The translations under genes were made by a program, and so were the position numbers. Shown here in pieces: positions 1 through 11,800 of a DNA stretch of 36,845 bases; positions within the stretch are counted from its first letter, which is position 1, and each line of letters begins with the position of its first letter. The notes beneath the pieces were generated by a model. That model made no database searches. It saw nothing but the letters and a program-made list of their open reading frames with translations, and was not told where the DNA came from. The stretch is from positions 1-36,845 of the forward strand of contig JAAILG010005517.1 in assembly GCA_012026655.1 (NCBI GenBank). Reading direction: 5' to 3'. This DNA comes from Hydrolagus affinis (Eukaryota).

Positions 1-130
1 GAGGGAAGGGGGGGGCAAGGTCGTGAAGGCCTTCAAGGTGAGGACGAAATTCTTGAGTTCGATACTCTGGGACAAAGGAGAGCCAATGGAACTGGGCGAG
101 ATTTGGTTTGATGTGTTCGTGGAGCCTGGT
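1..130 (-). mobile_element. L2 LINE fragment (RT C-terminal region), decayed
   Basis: Resembles 20690-20800, whose minus strand encodes RLHWLP..RIEFKILVLTFKALHGLAPP. Shared text: ggggcaagg.cgtg.aaggcctt.aaggtgaggacga. Confidence 0.7.
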
Positions 131-284
131 GCAGGGGAAATGTGCAAAATAAGATATTAAGTTTATTTACTTGAAACGCTTCTATTTTCAACTTTCGAAT
201 AGAAAAATAGAATTTCGCAGCAGATGAGGAGTTCAAACATCTATCATTCCTCTATGAGAATCGTAGCAACTTGCCGATTGACCG

Positions 285-450
285 GACAAGATAAACCAGT
301 TAGTCTGACGTCAGTTGCAGGAAACATTTGAGTCCTTAATAAACGACGTAGCTATGGCATACTATGATGACCATAAAAAGATTAGGCAGAGTCAACGTAG
401 CTTTGCAAAAGGGAAGTCATGGTTGACCAACGTTTTTGAGGAAGTATCAG
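285..450 (+). mobile_element. CR1 LINE reverse-transcriptase fragment
   Basis: Reads as a decayed (Y)KPVSLTSVAG..ESLINDV...KIRQSQRSFAKGKSWLTNVFE. This is the same segment as the ORF at 3821-4195 (YRPVNLTSVVGKILESLNKD...SQHGF). Confidence 0.75.
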
Positions 451-885
451 CAGGTTGGATAAACTGTGAAAAGCAGCTATATCAAACGCAAGGATTATTA
501 TTATTAATCTATCATTTACCATTTAATACTGATTGAGTTCAGATGGTATGCATTCTAACACATACACAATTTCCATTCCATATTTTCACCAAACGCTTTA
601 AAGGACCTTTAACAGCTGTCTTCAACGTCTGTTGAAATTTGCCGAAGCTTTCTCCATGGACTGCTGGGAATTGAATCCAATTCAGCCACTTGTGTGCTCT
701 GTGCTGCAACAATTGAGTTACAGGCCTTAAACAGGGAGAATGAGCGAAACTCGTTAAAAGTCAATCACTATACCCTGGGCCTCAATTATATCATCTCACA
801 TGAGAGGCTCTTCAGAAATTCTTCTGTTGGTTTTAGTTGTTTTTTCCTTTATTTTGCAGTTAAATGTTATTTCCCTTTTATGCAG

Positions 886-921
886 GGACGTTTGTGTGGT
901 TTCTGTGTTATATCCGCGAAG
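886..921 (+). other. Possible orphan 36-nt signal-peptide mini-exon
   Basis: Pyrimidine tract + TATGCAG | 36 nt ending GAAG | GTT, the same length and flanks as 6161-6196. Phase-1 reading is xTFVWFLCYIRE. The donor GTTGCT is weak and no partner exon was found. Confidence 0.3.
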
Positions 922-1546
922 GTTGCTAAGCTACCAAAGCAGTCGTTGAATTCAATTGAATTCGAATTGAAATGTTATTGACTCTAACACCTGGAGAATC
1001 TCTGATCAAATACGAGGAATATTATTATTAACAAAAAAAGAGATTGGAATTTAAAAGCGACTGTCTGTGGCTGTGAAACTCCTCTTCAGAAATTCTGCTG
1101 TTGTGTTCAGTTATTTTATTTCCTTTAACCTTCAAATATTTCTGCCCTGTTTGCTCAGAGTTTTGTGTGTGGTTCTCTATATACAGTATCCGGTAATTGT
1201 GCAATGGTAACACAGTGCTTCAGCTACATGTCAGCCTTTGCAATTTGAGATCAAGTGCAATGTTAACCCTTTCATGCAGCTTGAATTGAGCTAAGATCTG
1301 GAGAAACTCACTTAGCGTGAAGGAGTCATCAACTTCTGACATGAACGCAGCACAAAATGGAGCACAAAGTAACATTTCACGCGAGCTCTTCAGGGAATAA
1401 GTGAGAGAAACCAATGGGGAGGAAAATATCAAGTGACATAGAGTCTTGGTCTGTTACTGTGTGTGTCAGAAAGAGCGCGACTAACAGTTTGAGAGACACA
1501 ATTTAAGAGAGAGTGAAAAGAGAGTGTGTGAGAGGTACAGTGTGCG

Positions 1547-1725
1547 NNNNNNNNNNNNNNNNNNNNNNNNNNNNNNNNNNNNNNNNNNNNNNNNNNNNNN
1601 NNNNNNNNNNNNNNNNNNNNNNNNNNNNNNNNNNNNNNNNNNNNNNNNNNNNNNNNNNNNNNNNNNNNNNNNNNNNNNNNNNNNNNNNNNNNNNNNNNNN
1701 NNNNNNNNNNNNNNNNNNNNNNNNN
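1547..1725. other. Assembly gap
   Basis: Run of N flanked by GA/GT simple repeats on the left. Confidence 1.
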
Positions 1726-1944
1726 AAAGGCCTGCAATGAAAATGACATCAGAATACATTGTACAATTTTTGTAGCTTGTATTCAAAAGCTGTGATGATG
1801 TGCTGATGGAAACATCATGTTGTTTACATACAGGGAAACCACAAAGATCGCCTTTCACAACCCATTTCCATTATTTCTTCACTTCCTCTTTCAGCTTCTC
1901 ACGGCTTTTTCTGTTTTCATTATGTCGCTTTTTTACTTTCCACG

Positions 1945-2030
1945 GATGCAACAACAACAAAAACAACAAGAACCAAATTGCATTTCTAGAGCGCCTTTCA
2001 CGTCGGGAGGGTGTCCTAAGGCGGTAGTAA
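1945..2030 (-). mobile_element. L2/SINE 3' tail with (CAA)n microsatellite
   Basis: caacaacaac...gcatttctagagcgcctttcacgtcgggagggtgtcctaaggcg. The same tail recurs near 8700, 11555, 14500, 20320 and 25760. Confidence 0.7.
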
Positions 2031-2314
2031 CCGAGAAGGTGAACTGACAGTTGGGTTCCAATTGTGGGTTCCAATTGTGAGATTCAGATTTAGGATTTAG
2101 GGTCGGGATTAGGGTTGGCGGTGAGATGAAAAGTGGTTTTATTTGGGGATTGAAGCGTATCTAGATGATTCTCAGGGCAATGAGATATGGGATACTAGGC
2201 CACCCATCGTGGGTAATTGGCTGCCTCGTTTCTCTCACATGAATTCATTCAATTTACTTTAGAGTATATTGTGCGAAGCGCTTTCGGACATCTAATAGCG
2301 CTCTATGAGCATGT

Positions 2315-2600
2315 AAGGTTTAGGAGAGGACCATTTGGCCACTCGAGCCTACCGCATAATTCTATAAGCTCATGGCTGATTTTCTAATCTAACTCTACCT
2401 GTCCGAGCCTTATCTCCGCATCCCTCAATCCCTTTATCCACAAGAAATATGAAAGCTGAGTCTTGAAAATATTCAAGGAATGAGCAATTACAGAAAATTT
2501 TGGTAGAGAATTCCTTAAATGCACCATCTTCTTAGTGAATTAGTTTTTCCTCAACTCAGTTCGAAAGGGCTGACGCCTAATTTTAAGACTGGGACACTGG
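2315..2600 (-). mobile_element. CR1 LINE 3' fragment
   Basis: Paralogous to 2610-2900 and 24825-25140 (ggccc/actcgag...gatcatggct...tcttgaaaat...tagagaattcc...ttcctcaactc). Confidence 0.7.
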
Positions 2601-4400
2601 TTATAAGAACATAAGAATTAGCAGCAGGAGTAGGTCAATCGGCCCCTCGAGACGGCCCGCCATTTGATAAGATCATGGCTAATATTCTGACCTAACTCTA
2701 GTGACGTGCCCGTGCCACAAATCCCCTAATCCTTCTATTCTCAAAAAAAATCTATCAGTCTCAGCCTTGAAAATGTTAAAGGACTGAGCATCTGCACCCT
2801 TTTGTAGTAGAGAAATCCATAAATTTACGAGTCGCTGCGTGAAGAATTGCTTCCTCAACTCTGTTCTAAAAGGCTGACCCTTAATTTTAAACCCTAGTTA
2901 TAGATTCTCTACCAGGCAAACAGTCGCTCAGTGTCTACTTTATCCAGCCCTTTAATAAACTGATATGATCCAATAAGATCTCCCCTAATTGTTCTGTATT
3001 CTAGAGAGTACAGCCTGAGCTTATTCAATCTATCGTCACAGGTTAGTCTCCTCATCCCTGGAAACAAGCTCGTGAATCTACGCTGCCACCCTCCAAGGCA
3101 AGTATGTCCTTTATTAAATAAGGAAACCAAAACTGCGCACAATACTCTAGGTGCGGTCTCTCCAAGGCCCAATACAGATGCAGCAAGTTCCCTACACTGG
3201 TACTCTATATCTTTTGCAATGAACGCTACCTTGCCGATTGCATTCTTAGTTGCTTGCTGCATCTGCAAACTATCTTTTTGAAACTGGTGTACAAGGACAA
3301 TTTGTACATTGACATTATCTATGCTATCCACGTCTAGAAAATAATTCCTTTTTTTATTTTTGATACCTAGTTGAATAATTTCACACTTCCTCACGTTAAA
3401 TTCTATCTGCCACCTACTCGCCCATTCCCCCAGCACATCTATATGCCGAGGCAATCTTTTCGCATCACCCTCACAGCTGACTCTCCTACCAAGTTTGGTG
3501 TCATCTGCGAATTTAAACACCCATACATTCAATATCCTCGTCTGGATCATTGATGCAAATTGTATATAGCTGACACCCAAGCACTGGTCCTTGTGGCACT
3601 CCACTAGTTACATCCTGCCGCTTCGAGAATGACCCATTTATCCCTACTCACTTTTTTCTACCCATTAGCTACTCTCCTATCCATGTTAATGTCTTCCCAT
3701 TACGCCCGTGTGACTTGACATTGTGCAAGCCTGTAGTGTGGCACTTTAACACATGCCTACTTAAAATCTAACTATACCACATCTACTTGGCCCCCCCTAA
3801 CCAACGTGCTTGATACATCCTCAAAAAACTCCAAGATTAGATAAACATGACATCCATTTTGTAAAGCCATGCTGACTCTGCCTAATCTTGTTAAAATCTT
3901 CCAGGTATTCCATAACGACGTCTTTATTTAAGGACTCAAGTATTTTCCCTACCACTGATGTCAGATTAACCGGTCTATACTTCCCCATGTTTTCTCTTCC
4001 ATCCATCTTAAATAGTTGAGTTACGTTTGCAATCCTCCAACCAATAGTAAAATTTCCTTTATGCAGAGAATTTTGAAACATGAGAGACAAGCCATCCACC
4101 ATTTCAGCAGTTATCTCCTTTAAAGCTTTAAGATGCAAGCCATCAAGTCCAGGGGATTTATCGGTTATAAGACCTGAAAATTTACCGAAAACCATGTCTT
4201 TACCAATATTAATCTCCCTAAGTTGCTCGTTAGCATTGTCTTCTTGGTTACCCTATATTCTTGGTAGGTTTGTATTGTTTCCTATATTGAAGACATTAGC
4301 AAACTACTTGTTTAACAATTCGACCATGTCCTTCCCCCCCTTATAATTCTCACTGTCTCTGCCTGTAACGGACCCACATTCATCCTTGATAGCCTTTACC
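2601..4400 (-). mobile_element. CR1 LINE, 5'-truncated, about 1.8 kb, frameshifted ORF2
   Basis: ORF 3821-4195 has KSPGLDGLH, ANVTQLFK, YRPVNLTSVVGK and SQHGF. ORF 2909-3604 has KFADDTKLG, WQIEFNVRKC and LYSLEYR.IRGDLI. The CR1 3' UTR follows toward 2610. Confidence 0.92.
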
Positions 4401-4429
4401 CCTTTACTTATTTGTGGAAAACCTTCGAG

Positions 4430-4585
4430 TTCCTAAAACACCCATAGTTTCTCCAACCAGGGTAAACAGACTCGAACTACCCACTCTGTCGCGCCCTTAA
4501 TAGTCTTACAGGTTTCCTTAAGATCTTCTCTGATTCTTCTATATTCCAGAACATATAGGCCCAGATTGCTCAACCGATCCTACAT
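4430..4585 (-). mobile_element. CR1 LINE fragment (ORF2 C-terminus)
   Basis: Minus strand reads ..RLSNLGLYVLEYRRIREDLKETCKTIKG.., matching the CR1 LEYRR.RGDL motif. Confidence 0.7.
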
Positions 4586-5046
4586 CAAATGCAAGGTTCA
4601 CTATTATTCATATACTTAATAGATTTGAGGTGACTGTTGGTCTTTAATGCACTAAAGCCACAACGATTGTCCAGTGTGACAAATATTGGGCAACCATTGT
4701 TTATCCGGTTCACACAGTCCCTCCCTTCAGGGTTCATAAAGTTAGAGAAAATTGCAGAATCACAGTAGGCGGGGTGTGTGCATGTGACAGTCGTTGTAGT
4801 ATATGACAACACCAGATGTGCTGCTGTCCTGTGGTCAGTGTAGACAGAGAGAGAGAGAGACTGAGTCTCAGTGTGTGTGTGTCACAATGAAGTAGGTGTT
4901 TGATGATCACAGACATGAGCGGTCTTAGCGGAAGCCGTTCCTGAGATCTCCACCGTGTGTCTTTTCTCCAATGAAGTGGAGTTCCCACCAGATTGAGCCA
5001 CTCGCTTCCAGTACCTGATCCTCCTCAGCTCCTCCACGTCTTCAAG

Positions 5047-5071
5047 ATGAAGCTGGTATTTTTCCTCTTCG
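5047..5071 (+). CDS. Signal peptide exon 1 (MKLVFFLF, phase 1)
   Basis: aagATG AAG CTG GTA TTT TTC CTC TTC G | GTGAGT. It has an A at -3 and a consensus donor. Confidence 0.75.
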
Positions 5072-5801
5072 GTGAGTACTGATTTACACAATATCACCGA
5101 GACGCTCCCATGGAATCTTGCTGGACACTCAATTCCCCCAAATTCTGCTCCGTGACCTGCTCCAACTTTCAGAACCAACGCATTACCCGCCCCTCCGTTA
5201 TGAGACTTCCGTTCAGCCTTTCTGTCACAAACATCTGGATTTCCATCCCACATTAACTCCGCCTCACTCACAACCTTGTTTCCTTCAAAGCCACGTTTGA
5301 TGTCACCAGCGCAAACGCCCATGCCCTCCATCCGCACTGATCACTACTGCCAGTTTGGGTATATATCCTTTACTATCCGCTTTGAAAATTCCCCCTGTTG
5401 TGAAATGCGCTTGTAATATGTATTTGGTGCTGTTGTCCAGGACAGAGAGGGTGGGAGAGAGGCGAGGATAAATGGATGAGAGTAGAAAGGAGAATCTGTA
5501 GACTAGACAGTATCGGTATTCAGAGGGATTTGGGTTTCCGTGTACACCTGTCACAAAACTTTAGTATGCAGGTACAACAAGCAACTAGGAAGGTTAATGG
5601 CATGTTGACGATCATTGCAAAATATGTAGAGCAAAAGATTAAGGAAGTCTTGCTGCAATTGTTTAGTTCCTTGGTGAGACCGCACCTAGAATTTTTTGTG
5701 CAGGTTTTGTCTCATTATTTATTGTTGTTCTTCTCGGAGTGACGAATCACAAACACAAGCAAGCCCCGTACAGAAACTGGCCATTCAGACAATCTATATA
5801 G

Positions 5802-5864
<63 letters not shown>

Positions 5865-8800
5865 TGTGGGTGTGGGTGTGGGTGTGTGCGTGGGTGCGTG
5901 GGTGCGTGGGTGCGTGCGCGCGTGCGTGCGTGCGTGCGTGCGTGCGCGTGCGCGTGCGCGTGCGCGTGTGCGTGTGCGCGTGCGCGTGTGCGTGCGCGTG
6001 CGTGTTCCCCCCCCCCCAATTGGAGCCTTTTCGGTGATGACCTTAAAGGCTGCCCTGTATATAACGTCCATGATGGAGTGAGACAACAGGCAGATGATAT
6101 AACTTATTGTATAAATTACTTATCAATAATTCGTGTTCTGATCTTTTTATTCTTATGCAGTGATGTTCCTGGAGAGATAGCCTGTGGATTCTGAAGGTTA
6201 GTTGCAACTTTATCCGAAGAACACAAAGTAGTTTCTCTCTGTACATTAACTCAAACATGGTAAATAATCTTCTCAGTCACTATCGCAGAATGCTTTTATT
6301 CCTTTCACCCATACTCATTTGTTCGCTTGTGTTCTGAAAGCAATCTGTAACATCTTCTTTGTTTGAGTTTTGTTCTCTTTCTTTTCAATCTTGTTCTGTA
6401 CTCCCAAACAAATGCTCCATTAATGTAGTTTGGCATTTTTATATTATTGCCTTTTTTTTTGGTCTTTCTATACCACTTCCACGTCTTGTTTTTCTCACAG
6501 TGCCTGCCACTGCTTCATATTGCTTCTTCTTTCATATTCTTTTCTCGGTAATTGCTTTAGTGTTCTTTGTTTGATCTCCCTTGATGTTCATGTATCTGTT
6601 TATCTGCGTTTGTCTATTATCCAGCACAACCTGTTTTACTTGCCAGTGTTGGCTCTCCTCATTTCTCCTCCCAAAATGCATCACCTCACATATCTCTACA
6701 TTAACATTCATCTGCCATATAGCTGCCCATTTTACCATTCGGTGTGTATCTTCTTGTAGATGACTACTATCCTCCTCAGTATTAACTATTTTCCCTAACT
6801 TTGTATCATCTGTAAACTTCAAAATGGTACTCCCTATACCCAAATCTAAATTATTAATACTTAATATGAATTACTATAATTGCCCTGATATCTTCCAAGT
6901 TCTCTGTCTCTGTACCCATGGTCTGAATTGTGTGTACAGCCAGGTTAACGCATCTCTCAATATACTGGACACAGTCATCTCTGTTGGTGACTGTCCTTTA
7001 TCATCTGTTCGTCTATTCATGTAGTATAGTAATGCCAAATGTTTTTATTTTGCTCAAAGTTCTTCCACATTTTCTGCAACGTTTCATTGTTCTTTCCACC
7101 CTTGCTTTGTTGGGGAGTATCATCGTGACCATGTTCTGTGTTCTATAACCAACTGTTTTGTGTTTTGGAAATATATTCAGCGCCCACTAATTATGTGGCT
7201 CATTATGATTTATTAAGTCCTGAAGTATTCCATGCCTGGCTAATATTTAGTTACTCTTTGCTATCACGTTGCCTGCAGTTGTGATATTTCATACTGCCTA
7301 TTCGCTATACTTTGTGGTATGGACCTCCATCAATATATATTGTAACAGAAAAAATGTTGTTGTTTTTTCTTGATGCCATGTGTGGTTTCTGAAACTGCAC
7401 CAAAGCTTGATGGCATTCTCTATTTTGATTACATGCAAATGTACCCAAATGTCCTATGAATTTTCATATTCCCAATGGGTTTGTTTTAATATTTTCCCTT
7501 ATATATAATCTTCCTAAACTAATCAAGTTTTAGCTTTCCTTTTTAGTCAATGTATAATTTNNNNNNNNNNNNNNNNNNNNNNNNNNNNNNNNNNNNNNNN
7601 NNNNNNNNNNNNNNNNNNNNNNNNNNNNNNNNNNNNNNNNNNNNNNNNNNNNNNNNNNNNAGAGGGTTTGAGTGGGGTATGTGGCGGAATGTGTTTTATT
7701 TACCTGAGTGGCCTGTGTCTGTAGTTGTTGTCCTCTGATGGGGTTTTGTTTTCTTTGGTGTTGATTTGGTTCCTGCAGTTGATATGCCTTCAGGTTGGCT
7801 GTATCCAATAGGAGTGGCTGCTGTTCGCTGCGTTGTCTATGGGGGACGGCAGAGATGTGTTAGCGGATATGTTTGTGACATGGGCTGTGACAGTGCCTGT
7901 GAAAATGTGCTCTGGTGACGGAGGATACTGTGCGTCTGCTTTAGAGGGAACTGCCCTACAGTCAATCGTAGTCTGTGACTGTGACGTGTGGCTGCTGCTG
8001 GAGATGTGTGTTGAGGAGCTTGTGACATTGGTGGATAGGTGTTCTTGGTAAATATCGGTGTCCTAGGATTGATAATCTTCCTGGGGGTATCTTTGACTCG
8101 TGTGCTGAGCTTATTGATCAGTTGCCCGGAGGGCGAGAGGGGCGCAATGTGCGTTGCATCTGTTTTCTGGGGTGGATTGGCTGTAAATGGTGGCAGTGGT
8201 TATGGCTGGGGGCGTGTCACTGGGGTGTTGATCTATACATGAGCAGTCGGCCTAATCCCTGTGGTAGGGATTCGGTTTCTGGGATTTGGGATGGTCGGTG
8301 TGCGTACTTATATATGTTTAACCCGTGCTGATTCTGTGCTCCAGTGGGAATGTGCTAGTGTTGGGTGGGAAGACACTGTACCTGGAAGACCTGGATGCCA
8401 CTGGGTGTAGGTTTTGCTAGCAGGGACACTATGTCTTGGCAGTAAGGCTGCACATTGGAGAGTAGCTTCTGTGAAATGGTGGACCGGCGGGGACAGCTGG
8501 GGTCTATGAATTATGGATTTTGCATCTATGGCTCTTTCGTAGGGTAGTCCCTGTGCCTGGATTGAATGTCTGTTACCTGGCGGGCGTGGGTTTGTTGCTC
8601 TGTGGGGTGTGTGTCTCTTGTGGGTGTCTGTTCCTGGGGAGCTCTGTAGGAGGGTGGTGTTTGAATGTCGCTGGTTGTGCCCAAAGGGTGGGTCTACACA
8701 GAGCCTAGGGACATCCTCTGGACATGAAAGGCGCTATATCAATGTGTTGTTTTATTGATTGATTGAGAAATTCCCAAGCTCAGTGATGAATGGAATTGCA

Positions 8801-11800
8801 AAGAACTCACCTGATATTACCCCATGTATTTCAACCTGGGGATGTCCCAAAATATGAAGGTGTCCAGCTTTTGTAAAGTACCTGGGTCTGTGAACGAAGT
8901 AAGAGGATGGTCGACCTTAAGCATGGTGAAACGTTTCGATCTTGGGACGAACGTAGAATGAGTGGAAAGTGGGAGCGAATCAGGGAATCATTTGTTTGCA
9001 TTGAGAAAAGGCAGAATGGATGTAAACTTGATCCCAATATTAAATGGATGGGGGGATGTGGGTTGGTGACGCTGCAGGGAGGGCGAGGTAGGCGAAGTTG
9101 ATCGTAAGTGAGATGTTGAGGTGGTGTGATGACTCATCGTTTGGTAAAATGGGGAAGTGGTACAGTGGATAAAATTACGGGTGAGTAACAGTGTCTTGAT
9201 CATAATCCACTGGAGGCTCACAGCTCATTTTCCCAACTTTATCTGGTTAGAACAGCAAGGAAAACACTCTACGGATTTCAAATCAAGCCTCGGGAAGTTC
9301 AGTCTCTCTGTGGACAGGATAAGTACAGGACTTTTATTTTATATCATATCCAACAAACATATCTGTCATTATTCGGTCCATCAGAACTGCACTGGAGCGT
9401 CAGCCTGGTCGTTGAGAACAAACCATCTGATCTGTGGCTTGAATACAGAAACATAATCCGAGACTCAGACACAGATCCAGATTGAAACACATCTCTGAGA
9501 GAACATTATTAACAGCTGTTGAAAACTCAACTGAGTGACAGTACGCTCTGCTTCCTCATCGTACATCTCAAAGAGAAACAGTCTCAGATGCTGCGTTTGG
9601 CGTCATTGTCAATACTGATGTTGACTGTCGCAAGAACGAACAGGTCGAGTGTTTGTGAAATTATCTTTCCTTTGTTTTGATTCCAGATCCATTCCAGAAA
9701 ACTACCATTTCCCTGAAGCCAGATTTCCGTGTGTTTGTGAAAGGGGAAAGCGCTGAGATCTCGTGTGCTGGAAATTATCCTGGCAGCACATTCTCTTTAT
9801 ACAGAGACGGCGTGTTTATCAAATCACAACCAGCTCCAGAGAATAACAACACGACTACATTCACCACATTGTCGATCAGAGCAGGAAATTACTGGTGCAG
9901 ATATATCAAACAGATAGAAAGCCAAGTGTATACATCACCAGACAGCGAGCCAGTGGGAAACACTGTCATAGGTAAGTGCACTGTACAACCTCACCCAATA
10001 TCATTTTTGTCTTTATACATAATCTCGATAAGTAGAATACCTCCTTTTGATATCACGCTATTGTTTAATGCACCTCAATGTGCCAAATACAACACTTTAT
10101 TAATTGTATATTTTGTGGGCTAAACTTCAATCGAATACAAGCAGGGTTCCTACTTAATTTGAGGTAAACACGACCACGCTGAATGAGAACTGAAACCTAA
10201 GGTTTCTTCCGACCGTCGAATTTAACCCGTGCCCTCTCATTTGGGAGCGCTCGCAATGTTAGTAGCTGTTTAATTTGCCTCGATCAGGAAAGACAATTTC
10301 TTCAAATCGGTGCCTCGCATAAGGAAAATAACAATAGTAATCATAAAGATGTCAGAAACACGTCGAAAACCATTTCCAAAATGTAGAGATTATCATTCCG
10401 TGCAAACACAAGAGTGAATTTAGCGACAAAAACTTCCTACACACAGTGGTGATATCAATTCCAATTAAATTCTAATTGTCAATACACAATGCGTTTCAAC
10501 TGGGAGGTGGAACAAGCCGTGTAACTGACAGGCTTGGCAATCCACCTGCAATGGAACAAAGTGGCGGGAAAGAAGACATAAAGCATGGTCAAAATGCGAG
10601 GTCATCAAATTGGATCTGGAAAGAGGGAAAGCATTGAGCGTTTCAGGGATGCAGATACATAGAGAAGAGGCAGAATGGCTGAAATCCTGATCCCGATGTT
10701 ACTGGCGTTGGAGGTCAAGTTGATGATGGTGGGAGGAGTGGGTGGTGAAGCAGATTTTGTTGTGTGGGCTGGGAATGTGAATTTGATTGTGTGGAGGGAG
10801 GAGAGAAGGTGAGCGGAATCTGATAATTGCGGTGAGGTATAGCGAGCGGAGGCTGAATTTTTTTTTGGAAGGTTGGGTGTGAGCAGGTTATAAAGCTGCT
10901 GCTTGAGGATGCCACATATGTAGCTTCTGGAGATACTGTTGAAAGAATAGAAGGTGAGAACTACCATCTTGATCATGAAACAGTGTATTCTGATAGCACA
11001 AGTTTCCAACTGTCTGGTGATTGGATATTCAGGGCAGCTATAAAAAGACGATAGCGTGAGATTTGGAGTCAGACTTATAACCAATCCGAAAGAGAAAGTT
11101 ATTAAGAACTGCTGATCAACTGCGTTAATAACAGTTTACAGTTGTGCCATGATCTAAAATTCAACTAAACAATCTCATGAAGTTTTTCACAGATCATAGC
11201 ACATAATTGTGAGAATACCTCTCGTGGGTTTTATTTTGATATCCACTTGAAAAACCCTCTATTTCCGTGAACCAATTCTCTGGTGTGTTTGTAAAAGGAG
11301 AAAGCGCTGAGATCAATCAATCCGTCNNNNNNNNNNNNNNNNNNNNNNNNNNNNNNNNNNNNNNNNNNNNNNNNNNNNNNNNNNNNNNNNNNNNNNNNNN
11401 NNNNNNNNNNNNNNNNNNNNNNNNNNNNNNNNNNNNNNNNNNNNNNNNNNNNNNNNNNNNNNNNNNNNNNNNNNNNNNNNNNNNNNNNNNNNNNNNNNNN
11501 CCAACCAATCAAACAATCAAACAATCAACCAACCAATCAAGCAAGCAAGCAATTAAAACTTACATTTATATAGCGCCTTTCACGTCGAGAGGACGTCCCA
11601 AGGCGCTGATCCATTGTTCTGGGTATCATCCTGACAGCAAATTCTCTTTATGGTATTTTTCGGCAGAAAAAATCAAAAACTGATATACTGGGTGCTTGCA
11701 CCGTACGATTTACGATAAATGAGATCACACCAGGATTTTACATCTGTATATATTCCCAAAACTTATCCGGACGATATTTCGCATCACCACGGAGTGAAGC

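Noticed and set aside
4882-5337. 151-aa minus-strand ORF
   Set aside because: No recognisable family. It lies antisense to the receptor's first coding exon (5047-5071), which explains the region better.
5696-6194. Several ORFs rich in VC/HT/AR repeats
   Set aside because: Translations of the microsatellite.
7680-9150. GT-rich stretch with several short ORFs, possibly decayed LINE
   Set aside because: No motif strong enough to assign a family, apart from the L2 tail at 8700-8765.
9157-9456. ORF with faint V-domain-like words (WLEQQGK...GKFSLSVD)
   Set aside because: No B-strand Cys, no YYC motif, no RSS and no splice acceptor; probably chance.
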